Counted from the whole stretch's first letter, positions 12,036-25,579 are shown. The stretch is 63,961 nucleotides of DNA, filler included, from Octopus bimaculoides (GCF_001194135.2; 4 parts of 3 records of this genome joined end to end with filler, not necessarily neighbours in it); one strand, 5' to 3'. Numbers and translations: made by a program. Notes: generated by a model not told the origin, from the sequence alone.

Positions 12036-13276
12036 CTCAGAAGGAAGAGGAAGCGAAAAAAAAAAAAAAGACTGGTCGTCAGTTTATGAAGAACATTCTG
12101 TTTCTAGATTCAAATAACTTGAATAAGCAATGCTCTTTTGTACGTTTCNNNNNNNNNNNNNNNNNNNNNNNNNNNNNNNNNNNNNNNNNNNNNNNNNNNN
12201 NNNNNNNNNNNNNNNNNNNNNNNNNNNNNNNNNNNNNNNNNNNNNNNNNNNNNNNNNNNNNNNNNNNNNNNNNNNNNNNNNNNNNNNNNNNNNNNNNNNN
12301 NNNNNNNNNNNNNNNNNNNNNNNNNNNNNNNNNNNNNNNNNNNNNNNNNNNNNNNNNNNNNNNNNNNNNNNNNNNNNNNNNNNNNNNNNNNNNNNNNNNN
12401 NNNNNNNNNNNNNNNNNNNNNNNNNNNNNNNNNNNNNNNNNNNNNNNNNNNNNNNNNNNNNNNNNNNNNNNNNNNNNNNNNNNNNNNNNNNNNNNNNNNN
12501 NNNNNNNNNNNNNNNNNNNNNNNNNNNNNNNNNNNNNNNNNNNNNNNNNNNNNNNNNNNNNNNNNNNNNNNNNNNNNNNNNNNNNNNNNNNNNNNNNNNN
12601 NNNNNNNNNNNNNNNNNNNTTGTATTTTTTTTAAATAAGCTGATTTCATTGGACCACCCAGTCAACTACACGCACGCGCGCACACTATCACTCACTCACA
12701 CACACACACACACACAAAGAAAAAAGATATATACACTATCTTGGAGCTGTCATCGAATATGGGATGAAATTTTGTGGGAAAGAGAATCGAGAGAGAAAAA
12801 AATATAGCGTTGATTATAAGGAAAATGTATTATAGTTTTTTGAAACGTCATTTTTTTCCATTTTTCTTCTGTTTTCCGTTTTTTTTCTTCAAAGATTGCT
12901 ATCACAAGATTAAAAAAAATATGGCGTGTCTAACTTCTTTTGAGATCTTCCCTAAATAAACACATGCCATTGGTCGTTTCTGTTAAAATGAGAGTTTTGT
13001 CGTCGACGTTTAGGTGTAGTTAGGACAAAAATATCAAAAGCACCATAAATATGTAAATAAATAAGATATAGACATTTAGACTATTAAAATGCAATGATTT
13101 CTCTTGGGTACATATTAGACATTTTGGGAATATCAAAAAACAAGGAAGTTCTTTACTTTGTAAGCCGATGGCCTCGGTATGGGTGCAAACTGTGGCAGTC
13201 TTGGTAACGATGTATGTCCAACTTCATGGAAAAATACACGTATGGTAATCAATCCTGCAAATGATACACACACACA

Positions 13277-13480
13277 CGAAGGAGTGCTGAAAAGTTTTTG
13301 GCTTTGGGTAAAAGAAAATACAGTAAGATCAGTTAATTACGATTATATTCAACACATTCTCCTCTCAGATTCACACACTTATTGCAGTGGTTCTTCAGTT
13401 TTTCTAAGCCCTGTAAAAGAACTCGGAGGGTTGGACCTCCAACCAGGCCTTTCGTGATATCTTTTTCAGCACCCTCATCG
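13277..13480. mobile_element. mariner-type MITE
   Basis: CGAAGGAGTGCTGAAAAG at the left end and CTTTTCAGCACCCTCATCG|TA at the right: imperfect terminal inverted repeats. Confidence 0.6.
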
Positions 13481-13496
13481 TATATACACACACACA

Positions 13497-13532
<36 letters not shown>

Positions 13533-13732
13533 GTCGCCATGATAGATCGCTGACCACGACATTGAAATTTTTTTTCTCCGTGTTTTTCTCCTTGTTTTCT
13601 CTTTATTCTTTCTGTTGAAGAGCGTAGCTCGAAACGTTAAAGACTTTCTCTATTACCGAGCGTTAAACTAATACATCCTTTTGTTGTTTACACCACCTGT
13701 CCTCGTCTGTTGATTTTATCGTAAATTCTCCC
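13533..13732 (+). mobile_element. ~200-bp (TA)n-flanked repeat carrying a hammerhead-like motif (13607-13643), family E copy 2
   Basis: TCTTT-CTGTTGA-A-GAGCgtaGCTC-GAAAC-GTT-AAAGA. Shares CGCCATGAT...GAGCGTTAAACTAATAC...GTAAATTC with copy 1. Confidence 0.65.
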
Positions 13733-14686
13733 ATATATATATATATATATATATATANNNNNNNNNNNNNNNNNNNNNNNNNNNNNNNNNNNNNNNNNNN
13801 NNNNNNNNNNNNNNNNNNNNNNNNNNNNNNNNNNNNNNNNNNNNNNNNNNNNNNNNNNNNNNNNNNNNNNNNNNNNNNNNNNNNNNNNNNNNNNNNNNNN
13901 NNNNNNNNNNNNNNNNNNNNNNNNNNNNNNNNNNNNNNNNNNNNNNNNNNNNNNNNNNNNNNNNNNNNNNNNNNNNNNNNNNNNNNNNNNNNNNNNNNNN
14001 NNNNNNNNNNNNNNNNNNNNNNNNNNNNNNNNNNNNNNNNNNNNNNNNNNNNNNNNNNNNNNNNNNNNNNNNNNNNNNNNNNNNNNNNNNNNNNNNNNNN
14101 NNNNNNNNNNNNNNNNNNNNNNNNNNNNNNNNNNNNNNNNNNNNNNNNNNNNNNNNNNNNNNNNNNNNNNNNNNNNNNNNNNNNNNNNNNNNNNNNNNNN
14201 NNNNNNNNNNNNNNNNNNNNNNNNNNNNNNNNNNNNNNNNNNNNNNNNNNNNNNNNNNNNNNNNNNNNNNNNNNNNNNNNNNNNNNNNNNNNNNNNNNNN
14301 NNNNNNNNNNNNNNNNNNNNNNNNNNNNNNNNNNNNNNNNNNNNNNNNNNNNNNNNNNNNNNNNNNNNNNNNNNNNNNNNNNNNNNNNNNNNNNNNNNNN
14401 NNNNNNNNNNNNNNNNNNNNNNNNNNNNNNNNNNNNNNNNNNNNNNNNNNNNNNNNNNNNNNNNNNNNNNNNNNNNNNNNNNNNNNNNNNNNNNNNNNNN
14501 NNNNNNNNNNNNNNNNNNNNNNNNNNNNNNNNNNNNNNNNNNNNNNNNNNNNNNNNNNNNNNNNNNNNNNNNNNNNNNNNNNNNNNNNNNNNNNNNNNNN
14601 NNNNNNNNNNNNNNNNNNNNNNNNNNNNNNNNNNNNNNNNNNNNNNNNNNNNNNNNNNNNNNNNNNNNNNNNNNNNNNNNNNNNNN

Positions 14687-14994
14687 GTGCAAGTGGCTGA
14701 GCACTCCACAGACACGTGTACCCTTAACGTAGTTCTCGGGGATATTCAGCGTGATACAGTGTGACAAGGGTGACCCTTTGAATTACAGGCACAACAGAAA
14801 CAGGAAGTAAGAGTGAGGGAAAGTTGTGGTGAAAGAGTATACAGCAGGGTTCGCCACCATCCCCTGCCGGAGCCTCGTGGAGCTTTAGGTGTTTTTCGCT
14901 CAATAGACACTCACAACGCCCGATCAGGGAATCGAAACCGCGATCCTATGACCGCGAGTCCGCTGCCCTAACCACTGGGCCATTGCGCCTCCAC
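14687..14994 (-). mobile_element. SINE family D, 3' end lost in a gap
   Basis: Near-identical to 43670-43976. Confidence 0.9.
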
Positions 14995-15077
14995 TGTGTT
15001 AAAATATTTATGCAAGAAACAACGACCAAAGCAGTAGCAACAACGACTACATTAACAGCAACAACACCGATGATAAT

Positions 15078-15246
15078 AGTCCTTGCTATTATAGACACAA
15101 GGCCTGAAATTTTGTGGGGAGGGTCTAGTCAATTGCATCAGCCCCTGTGCTCAACTGCTTTAAAGACCCTAAAAGGATGAAAGGTAAAGTAGTCCACGGC
15201 GGAATTTGAATTCCGGCATGGCAACAATTCTGTCCGCTCGCCGCCT
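15078..15246 (-). mobile_element. SINE family C, internally deleted
   Basis: Reverse-complement head and tail matches. Confidence 0.7.
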
Positions 15247-16035
15247 TATAATAAATATAATCGTTTATCTATTAGCCGGAAGGGCTCGAAGCGATATAGA
15301 AATACGAAAGTTTAACTAGAGATTACCAACAAGCAGATGGATATGGTGGAATGTGAAGGAAAATACATGACACGTTTACAAATTAGGATGGGGAGGGTTA
15401 AGAGACATTGTACAATAAATGGAAAGATGTATTTAAAAATGTAAAAGTGCTCACATATATACACACACACATAGAAGCACGTACATATGCTCAGGTATAC
15501 ACTATTGTATGAATGCACATATTTTATGAAGGCAACAGAACATGCAGTAATTATAATAGGACATGATTTAAAGAAATAAAAAAGCAAGGAGATATTTTGT
15601 ATGATTTAGTTTCCACTACTTTGCTCTCTTAACTATTTCTCAAATTGTATTCAAATGCACCAGTAAGCATTTTTCCTCTTTTTTTTCTTTTGTTTTTAAT
15701 TTTCGAAGATATTTGATACTGAAAGACATCAATACCTTGAGGCTATCCTTTTTCAATTTTGATATAATGCTATACTTATAATTTTACTATCAATCTATCA
15801 TTCGCATGTTGTTTATATTCTGAATGAATCTTAAAGGGTTTTTTTTTTCAGTGTGCCATTTAAACTTGTCACAGTATGCGTGGAATCAGAGATGTTTAAT
15901 TTTATCTATTAGATTTTTGATTTTCGAAGAAAATAATCTCTGTTCGTCTTTTGTCTTTCCGTTTTCTTCCTCATTTTAATGAAGAGTGATTTCGATGTTG
16001 AAGAAATTGTTCCTCCTCACCTGTTTTAGTTTTAT

Positions 16036-16175
16036 CTTTTATTTATTTATCTCAGTCGCTGGACTGCGGCTATGCTGGGGCACCGCCTTAAATGGTTTAG
16101 TCGAACAAATTGACTAATTTTAAGTCTGGTAGTATTCTGTTGATCTTTGTTGGTGAACTGTTAAGTTACAGGGAC
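16036..16175 (-). mobile_element. SINE family A, 3' part
   Basis: GACTGCGGCTATGCTGGGGCACCGCC match. Confidence 0.7.
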
Positions 16176-16801
16176 CTTCTTTTACTTTTTCTCATCTAAC
16201 TGGCTTATGTCATAGTCGACAAAAAGCACTAACCATAAATTGGAGTGTCGAGTAACGGGCATTAACCATATCCGGCGATTTAAATTCCTTCTACGCATTT
16301 TGTCTTCAATGTCTATGCACAACTTTCATAATATTGTCTAGCTTCTGTCGTATTACACAAGACACCCAATTAATATGTTCGTTGTCACATGAGCATTCCT
16401 ACATTTAACTTATTTATATTTACACAAGTAAATATAAAAGATGCAGGTTAATAAAATATTTTAAATATTCAAATAAAATTTAGTGTGCCCATTCTTGTCT
16501 TCATATGCAACCTACTTAACACTGCGTACTACCAACGAAGATTATATGACTAACCACCAAGCAAAAATGGTATATTTTAAATAGATTTTAAACAATTTTC
16601 CGAAATTTTATATCTACTCTCATTTTCCCCGACAGTAGACCATCAATATATTCCAGATTTTACTCTACTTTAATATCATTTAAATGAAGCAATATCTTAT
16701 TACACAATATGTTTTTAAACAGAATAAGTCTTTGTTTTTTTTTTTTAATTGTAGCTCAGCAAAACGGTTGCTAAAGTGTTGACAGCACGACATGCTCTGT
16801 A

Positions 16802-16836
<35 letters not shown>

Positions 16837-17104
16837 ATGATTGCTATAGCTATATGTAACGGCCAACCATTTGTTTCAGAATCACTCAATACGTTTCTAT
16901 AGAGTATATACATTTGTTTTATTTTTATATTTTTACATACTAATGCCAACTTTAAAGGTCAACTATCGTTCATACTTAAATCTAAGTTAATAAATACCAC
17001 ATTCTCGCTCCTAGTGTCGGTATTTTAAAATGGTGTCCACTTTCTAACACTGCATAGAAGCATGCGCACACACGCACGCACGCACGCAGACACACGCACA
17101 CACA

Positions 17105-17137
<33 letters not shown>

Positions 17138-17644
17138 GATATATTTTAAATAGATTTTAAACAAATAGATTTTAAACAATGCGTGTTCATGGCTGTGTAG
17201 ATATATATATATATATATATAATTTTATTGGGAGTATTTTGCAACAACGTTTGTTCGGAGAAGGTTGTTCAAGACAACAATGCAAAACCGTAACTTATAA
17301 AAACGATATTACTCATAGAATAAAGGCATCGACACAACGACACGCGTATACAAACACACTTTATTTCACGTTGCCTCAGTCCACGTACATGTAAAACGGG
17401 CCACCCTGCAACGAACTGGTGTACCGTTCAAAGGAGAATGTAGGCCTGCCCGCCTAGCGAGCGCAGTGACATTATTTCAAGGTTACAATAATGCGAGGTA
17501 GCGCATTGTGAACAGCGGTGTATGACATCTGATAGTATGGTCGATACAATGATCTATGATTTTAGAAGAGCTATTTAAGAAAGAACGGATGATTTACATT
17601 GCATTTTTATTACATATAAATCTTATTGTCCGTGCAATAAATGA

Positions 17645-17800
17645 GTAGTACCTGTAATTCAAAAGGCCAGCCTTGTCATGTTCTGTATCAGACTGAATAT
17701 CGCCTGAGACCTACGTTATGGGTATATGTGTCTGTGGAGTGCTCAGCCACTTGCACGTTAATTTTACGAGCAGGCTGTTCCGTCGATCAGATCAACTGGA
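17645..17800 (+). mobile_element. SINE family D, 3' half
   Basis: Body match. Confidence 0.8.
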
Positions 17801-18378
17801 AATCTTGATTTGATTGATTGAGTGATTGACTGATTGATTGATTGATCGATATCAATATATATATATATATANNNNNNNNNNNNNNNNNNNNNNNNNNNNN
17901 NNNNNNNNNNNNNNNNNNNNNNNNNNNNNNNNNNNNNNNNNNNNNNNNNNNNNNNNNNNNNNNNNNNNNNNNNNNNNNNNNNNNNNNNNNNNNNNNNNNN
18001 NNNNNNNNNNNNNNNNNNNNNNNNNNNNNNNNNNNNNNNNNNNNNNNNNNNNNNNNNNNNNNNNNNNNNNNNNNNNNNNNNNNNNNNNNNNNNNNNNNNN
18101 NNNNNNNNNNNNNNNNNNNNNNNNNNNNNNNNNNNNNNNNNNNNNNNNNNNNNNNNNNNNNNNNNNNNNNNNNNNNNNNNNNNNNNNNNNNNNNNNNNNN
18201 NNNNNNNNNNNNNNNNNNNNNNNNNNNNNNNNNNNNNNNNNNNNNNNNNNNNNNNNNNNNNNNNNNNNNNNNNNNNNNNNNNNNNNNNNNNNNNNNNNNN
18301 NNNNNNNNNNNNNNNNNNNNNNNNNNNNNNNNNNNNNNNNNNNNNNNNNNNNNNNNNNNNNNNNNNNNNNNNNNNNNN

Positions 18379-18418
<40 letters not shown>

Positions 18419-18423
18419 AATAA

Positions 18424-18830
18424 GGCGCAAGCGTGGCTGTGTGGTAAGAAGCTTGCTTCCTAACCACATGGTTCCGAGAATGGTTAAGAAGTACACTTTT
18501 TGGCCTCACGGTTTCCCGTTTCGCCCCACGGCAGCAACTTGAGCTATAGCCCCGAGCCGACCAATACCATTCCATTTAATTATAATACACGAAAACTATG
18601 CAGAAGTACGTTGCACGTGATATGTGTTTGTGTTTGTTCGCCCCACCGCCTCTTGACAACCAGTGTTGGTTTGCTTTCACTTCTGTAATTTGGTGCTTCG
18701 GTCAGTGACATCAACAAAATAAGTACAAGACGTAGAATGTGAACTGGGCTCATCGATGTGTTCGACTGGCCCTAAAACGCTATGCCCCAGTATGGCCGTA
18801 TTCCTTGTACTGAGATAAATGAGCAAAAAG
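18424..18830 (+). mobile_element. SINE family A, degraded
   Basis: GGCGCAAGCGTGGCTGTGTGGTAAGAAGCTTGC head and tail remnants. Confidence 0.7.
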
Positions 18831-19226
18831 GACACGCACACACACACACTCACACTCACATGCACGCACACGCACACGAAGAAGTTTGAAAACTTCCCTT
18901 TCTATGTTATCTTTGTATCAGCTTCCGTTTAGATGCTTGGGTGTGTATATTTGTTTTATATACGACAGCATTTACGATTGTTTGACGTATACAGTCGTGT
19001 ACAGCAGTATATATATTACATTACTATCTTATATCGGCAATGTGTACACGTACCAGGATATATGTTTCCATGTGTATGTTTGTATATGTATACTCTTTTA
19101 ATCTTTTATTTGTTTCAGTCATTTGACAGAATCCATGCTGGAGCACCGCCTTTAGTCGAAGACATTGACCCCGGGACTTATGTTTACATATATGTGTAAA
19201 CATACATGTTAACATATATTTATAAA

Positions 19227-19277
<51 letters not shown>

Positions 19278-19931
19278 GCTTACATAACCATTTATGCATA
19301 TATGTGTATATCTGTATGCAATTATTCAAATATGTATTCAATATATGCATTTCAAATATATCTAATATACATATGTAAATGCGCATGCACACACAAACAC
19401 ACGCATCGAAACTGCAAAGATAATCTGGAACTCGACTGACGAAAGAAAACTCCGAATGATCCGTCCTAGTTTTTTCTTGTCCCTTTTTGTATCATCCAAC
19501 TGTCTGGATGTCTTGTTCTCGCCTGTTGCGTTCTTGTCCCGTGTGTTCCTTTGATATGTAAGAATACTGTGTGGAGAATTTAAGAGCGCTACACAAAATC
19601 AAGATACAGAAGAAAAAAAAAGCAGATTACCATCTACAAACCAGAAATCAGCAACATCACGGTGTTTGTCTGTCTATACTGAACCAATATTTCGCCAGGT
19701 ATAAACAGATATCTGAACTTAGACCCCCCCAAAGTTCTCTGCAGTTTTCATCTATGAAAATGATCATTGAGGGTCATTTACATTTCGAGAAATTATCTAC
19801 AATTTTCATTTACAGAAAAAATTCTATCTGCCAGCGACCTATTTGTATAATCAGGATTATGCAACATGATCGTAATCATTGCAGATAATAGAGCAGGGGT
19901 TGCCAAAAGGTTCATCGGAAAATGACAGCCG

Positions 19932-19978
<47 letters not shown>

Positions 19979-20049
19979 AATCACTTGTTGGTGATCAGAT
20001 ATAATTTGTTGAGTCACATACCCTGCATAACCACACAATCGGATGTTCT

Positions 20050-20131
<82 letters not shown>

Positions 20132-20148
20132 CATCATCATCATCATCA

Positions 20149-20224
<76 letters not shown>

Positions 20225-20230
20225 CATTAC

Positions 20231-20275
<45 letters not shown>
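20050..20275. repeat. (ATT)n/(ATC)n microsatellite running into a gap
   Basis: Directly visible. Confidence 0.97.
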
Positions 20276-20850
20276 NNNNNNNNNNNNNNNNNNNNNNNNN
20301 NNNNNNNNNNNNNNNNNNNNNNNNNNNNNNNNNNNNNNNNNNNNNNNNNNNNNNNNNNNNNNNNNNNNNNNNNNNNNNNNNNNNNNNNNNNNNNNNNNNN
20401 NNNNNNNNNNNNNNNNNNNNNNNNNNNNNNNNNNNNNNNNNNNNNNNNNNNNNNNNNNNNNNNNNNNNNNNNNNNNNNNNNNNNNNNNNNNNNNNNNNNN
20501 NNNNNNNNNNNNNNNNNNNNNNNNNNNNNNNNNNNNNNNNNNNNNNNNNNNNNNNNNNNNNNNNNNNNNNNNNNNNNNNNNNNNNNNNNNNNNNNNNNNN
20601 NNNNNNNNNNNNNNNNNNNNNNNNNNNNNNNNNNNNNNNNNNNNNNNNNNNNNNNNNNNNNNNNNNNNNNNNNNNNNNNNNNNNNNNNNNNNNNNNNNNN
20701 NNNNNNNNNNNNNNNNNNNNNNNNNNNNNNNNNNNNNNNNNNNNNNNNNNNNNNNNNNNNNNNNNNNNNNNNNNNNNNNNNNNNNNNNNNNNNNNNNNNN
20801 NNNNNNNNNNNNNNNNNNNNNNNNNNNNNNNNNNNNNNNNNNNNNNNNNA

Positions 20851-21140
20851 GAACGTAACGGCGGACGAAATACCGTTGAGCATTTTGCCCGGCGTGCTAA
20901 CGTTTCTTATTTCTTTACTGCCCACAAGGGGCTACACACAGAGGGGACAAACAAGGACAGACGAAGGGATCAAGTCGATTACATCGATCCCAGTGCGTAA
21001 CTGGTACTTATTTAATCGACCCCGAAAGGATAAAAGGCAAAGTCGACCTCGGCAGAATTTGAACTCAGAACGTAACGGCGGACGAAATACCGTTGAGCAT
21101 TTCGCCCGGCGTGCTAACGATTCTGACAGCTCGCCACCCT
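20851..21140 (-). mobile_element. Two tandem SINE family C variant copies
   Basis: GAACGTAACGGCGGACGAAATACCGTTGAGCATT..CCCGGCGTGCTAACG occurs at 20851 and ~21069. Confidence 0.8.
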
Positions 21141-21712
21141 TAAGAAGAATTATTATAATTACCCGTTACATACTCGGCTTCTTACTGGAGATGCTTCGTG
21201 TACCAGCTGCTCACTTCTCGTGAAGCAAGGTGGTTTTTTTCTTTTTGTGTCTCAAGAACTTTGCGCACACTCGTTGCACTATCAAGTAACGCTGTTTTCT
21301 GGATGTGTCCTATTTTCCATTTTTAAACCTATATTTTCCAAGAAACTTTTAATAATTTCTTTTAATTATGAAGAATTACTATCTAATATTATTAGTAGTA
21401 TTAGTATTGTTATAACCATTATATCATTACTATCATCATCATCATCATCATTAACAGCAGCACCATCGTCATCATTATTAAACTTTTAAAACGTAATTTG
21501 AGGCCTTCTCTTAATGACGTGGTTACGTAGACGAGAAGGGCATGTGACCTTGTGTGTGTGTGTGTGTGTGTAACTGCGTTCGCATGTATATGCATGGGAT
21601 GTGTGTCTGTAACCTTCATGCGGAGATCCTTGACATTTTCAAATAACTGTAAAGAGATATTTTTCATTGAACCACCATTTCGTCTCAGTTCTATGCCTTA
21701 ATATGTGTGCGC

Positions 21713-21749
<37 letters not shown>

Positions 21750-22765
21750 CACGCGGGCATGTTTATGTGTGAATGCATATGTGTGTGAGTGTGTGTGTTC
21801 GTATGTTTGTGTGAGTATATATTTGTCTATGTGTGCGCACATGCGCGTGTATGTGCGTATGTCTATATATGTGCTTAGGTGTGTTTGTGTGCACGCTCGT
21901 GTGTGTGTATGCAAACATACATATATGCTCACATACATATATGCACACATACATGTCTATATATTTATGTGTTAGTTTTAAATATGTCTGGTATGTGCAT
22001 ATACATACATACATACATACATACATACATACATACATACATACATACATACATACATACATACATGCATGCATGCATTCATACATACATACATATACAT
22101 ACACACACATATACATACCCACTCATATGCACACATATATACATATATTTATTTTTTTACTTATATTTATATATATATATATATATGTCAGGTCGCTCTT
22201 GGGCGCTACTGGTAACATGTAACCCAGTACAGCCTGTTGCATGGTCGGTTCGTCGACGACTGAACTGGCAACCGCATCAAGTTTTCTTGGTGAGGAGGGT
22301 GATCGTTGGACGCCCTGCAGGACGAAAAATAAGGCCTATCATAGGGCGGAAGTGCTCATGAGCAGGCAACGGCCATCCAGCAATATGTGTACATGTGTAT
22401 GTATGCATGTATGTGAGCGTGGGGACGTGAAAATACCCGGTTTGGTGTCTAGGCTGCAGTTGGCCCACAGAGAATAGGAGGCCCATTGTTGTTACATCTC
22501 TCTTGGAGAGGGAAACTCTGAGAGGAAACCTGCGACACTGATAATATTCGATGATGTAGACTGGTTCTTCTTTTCCAGTTTATGTTGTCCATGTTCAGAG
22601 AGTGGGGTTGGATTTGTGCAAATTCTGTTTCCACTATTAAAAAAATCATCATGGACCGGCATCGCTTGAAAAAGAGCAAGATCTATCACAAAAATGGCCG
22701 GTTGTAGCCTTCGCATATGTGGAACTTTCGATCAGCCAATAACAATACTCGAACACGAGTTTGCA

Positions 22766-22809
<44 letters not shown>

Positions 22810-23295
22810 GTTATGAAGGGTATTGGAATCAACCAAACCGTAAAAATACAGGCAATAACGAGTAAGTGCTGTATACCGACTAGTTTTGCCCCTGTCGTGG
22901 TTGCAACATGAGTGGGGAATATAACATGGGTCGTGTATTAGCGTGTGTATATATATTCTTTCTTTATATATATATATGTATATATAAATATGAATAAAGA
23001 TAAAAAAGGGTTTTGTATGATCGTGCATATAGGAATATATTATTTAAAAGAGTTCATCAAGGTCCCGTCTGACAGCAGATGGGACCTTGATGACTGCTAT
23101 GAGGCAGGAAAGTATACTAGTCTTTATATATTTAATACTCAATATTTCATATATTCAATAAGACATTGAATACTTCATTTCATTTTACTATTTATATTAT
23201 ATATTCCATATTCTATATCCCACATTAATTTTATAAGAATATAAATAAAACATAAAAAAACAGACAGAGTTGGAACTCTTTTAAATAATATATAT

Positions 23296-23395
23296 NNNNN
23301 NNNNNNNNNNNNNNNNNNNNNNNNNNNNNNNNNNNNNNNTTAATTAATTAANNNNNNNNNNNNNNNNNNNNNNNNNNNNNNNNNNNNNNNNNNNN
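23296..23395. other. Artificial scaffold join (44 N + TTAATTAATTAA + 44 N)
   Basis: The identical 100-bp construct occurs three times; the 12-mer has stop codons in all six frames. Confidence 0.95.
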
Positions 23396-23505
23396 GATCT
23401 GATAAACTTGGCATTCGTAATTATTATCTTCGTTAACTGTATCATCTTTGTCATCATAGTCGGGGGTGATTGCCATTATCGTCGTCGTTGTGATCATCAT
23501 AATCA

Positions 23506-23542
<37 letters not shown>

Positions 23543-23550
23543 TGTCGCTG

Positions 23551-23587
<37 letters not shown>

Positions 23588-24630
23588 TATCATCACCACC
23601 ACCACCACCACCACCACCACTATCACAACAACAACCGTTGTCATCACCATTATCATATCATTATCACCATCATCATCATCATCCACATTATCATACTCAT
23701 CTTCATCATCATCATTGTCATCGTCATCATCATCACCATTTCTATCGTCGTCATCATCACCATCGTAATCATCACCATCAGTATCCTCATCATCAACCTC
23801 ATTACGATCATAAACTTTATAATCCATCATCATAATCGTCATAATCCATCATCCTAATCGTCATAATCCATCATCACCGTCATTACCATCATCATCATTA
23901 TCATCACCGTCATTGTCATCGTCTCATCAGCATCATCGTCATCATCGATGTCATCATCATCGTCTCATTACTATCATCATCATCAAAATTATCCTCCTCC
24001 TCCTTCTCATTATCATCATCATCAAAATCATCACTATCATCATCATCATCGTCGTCGTTGTCGTCGTCATCATCATCATCATCATCACTATCGCAATCAT
24101 TATCCTAATTCATCAATATTCACAACCATTGTCATGGTCGTCATTCTTCGTTATCGATAATACCACTATAATCCTATAATCACCACCCACCCAACGCTAT
24201 CGCCATCACAACTACTACCACCACAACTACAGCAAATACTAGCACTCCCTCTACAACTACCACCGTCACTATCATCACCTTTACTACGGCAACTACTCCT
24301 ACCACTAACACTACAACCACCACTACAAATATCTGCACCACTGACGCCACTTGTAGCACTACCAGTACCACTGCCAACTACTCAACAACCACTAGCTCTA
24401 CCACTACCACCACCAGAAATACTACCACCTTTACCACCTCAATTATACCACTACTTCTACCGCAACTATTGCTTCCACCACCTCCATCTCTACCACCACC
24501 ATTTCCAGCATCACTACCAGAATCATTACCACCACCGTAACTGTTACTACCACCGCTACGACTACTACCGCTACTTCCACCACCACCATAACTATTACTA
24601 CCACGTATGCTATTATCACTGCTAACCAGA
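23396..24630. repeat. Long compound, degenerate trinucleotide tract (ATC/GTC/ACC/ACT)
   Basis: Directly visible; the source of the poly-His/Ser/Thr/Asp pseudo-ORFs. Confidence 0.95.
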
Positions 24631-25579
24631 CGCTTGAGAGAGTAGCCTTGTTTTCTTTCTGTTTCTGAAATAGGAGCCCTTAAAGTTTTAGTAACAGGAA
24701 ACTTATTTCCTACGAGAGTGAGGTTTCAAACCCGGTTAAAGTATGTGTTCGGGAATGAAGATAAACAAAAAATTCTTGTCTTTGTTTCCTGTTTTGTTTT
24801 GTTGTTGTTTAGGTTTTTTTTTTTTTTTNNNNNNNNNNTTTTTTTTTTTTGTTCTTTGTTTTTTTTTTGCTTTTTGCTTTTTGAAAACGACCGAAGCAAC
24901 ACTAGAGGGTTAATGCGTTGCTATTGTTGTAGTTACTGTTGTTGTAGTTGCTGTTCATGATGATGATGATGATGATGATGATGATGTTGCCGCTGTCGTT
25001 GATGTTTCTGCTCTTGGAAGCAGTTTTAGAAAATCATATAATGTTGCATACATAGTGCGTCGTAATATAGAAGAATGCGTTATAATGTAGTGTAGTAACA
25101 TCATACTGTAGTTAGAGCATTATAATATAGCGTAAAACATAACGCAGCAAAGCGTATCTTAGTGAAGTTTCATGTAGCATAATGTAGTTTAGTGTAGCAT
25201 AATGCAACGCAGTGTTAATGCAGTAATGCAGCATAATGAAGGATTGTGCATCATAATATAATGTAACACAATATACTATAGTGTACGCGATGTAGAATAA
25301 TGTAGTGCACCATAATATAACATTGCGTTTCATAATGTAGTGCACCATAATATAGTATTGTGTTTCATAATGTAGTTTATTGTAGCATAATACAATGTCT
25401 ATCGAATTTTAGTGTAGAGTACCTTAACACGTTAACCGCCACATGTACTTCCGTGGGCTCGTTGCAAACTTCACAGAACCGTCATATGGGCGACCAGTGG
25501 TATTTGAGAAAATGTTTTATTCTCATTAGGAATGATCTAATTATATATCTCACAGAGAGAATTAAGCAGCAGTGTTACG

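Noticed and set aside
22190-22720. GC-richer unique stretch resembling a LINE 5' region
   Set aside because: I could not identify a diagnostic motif; left unassigned.
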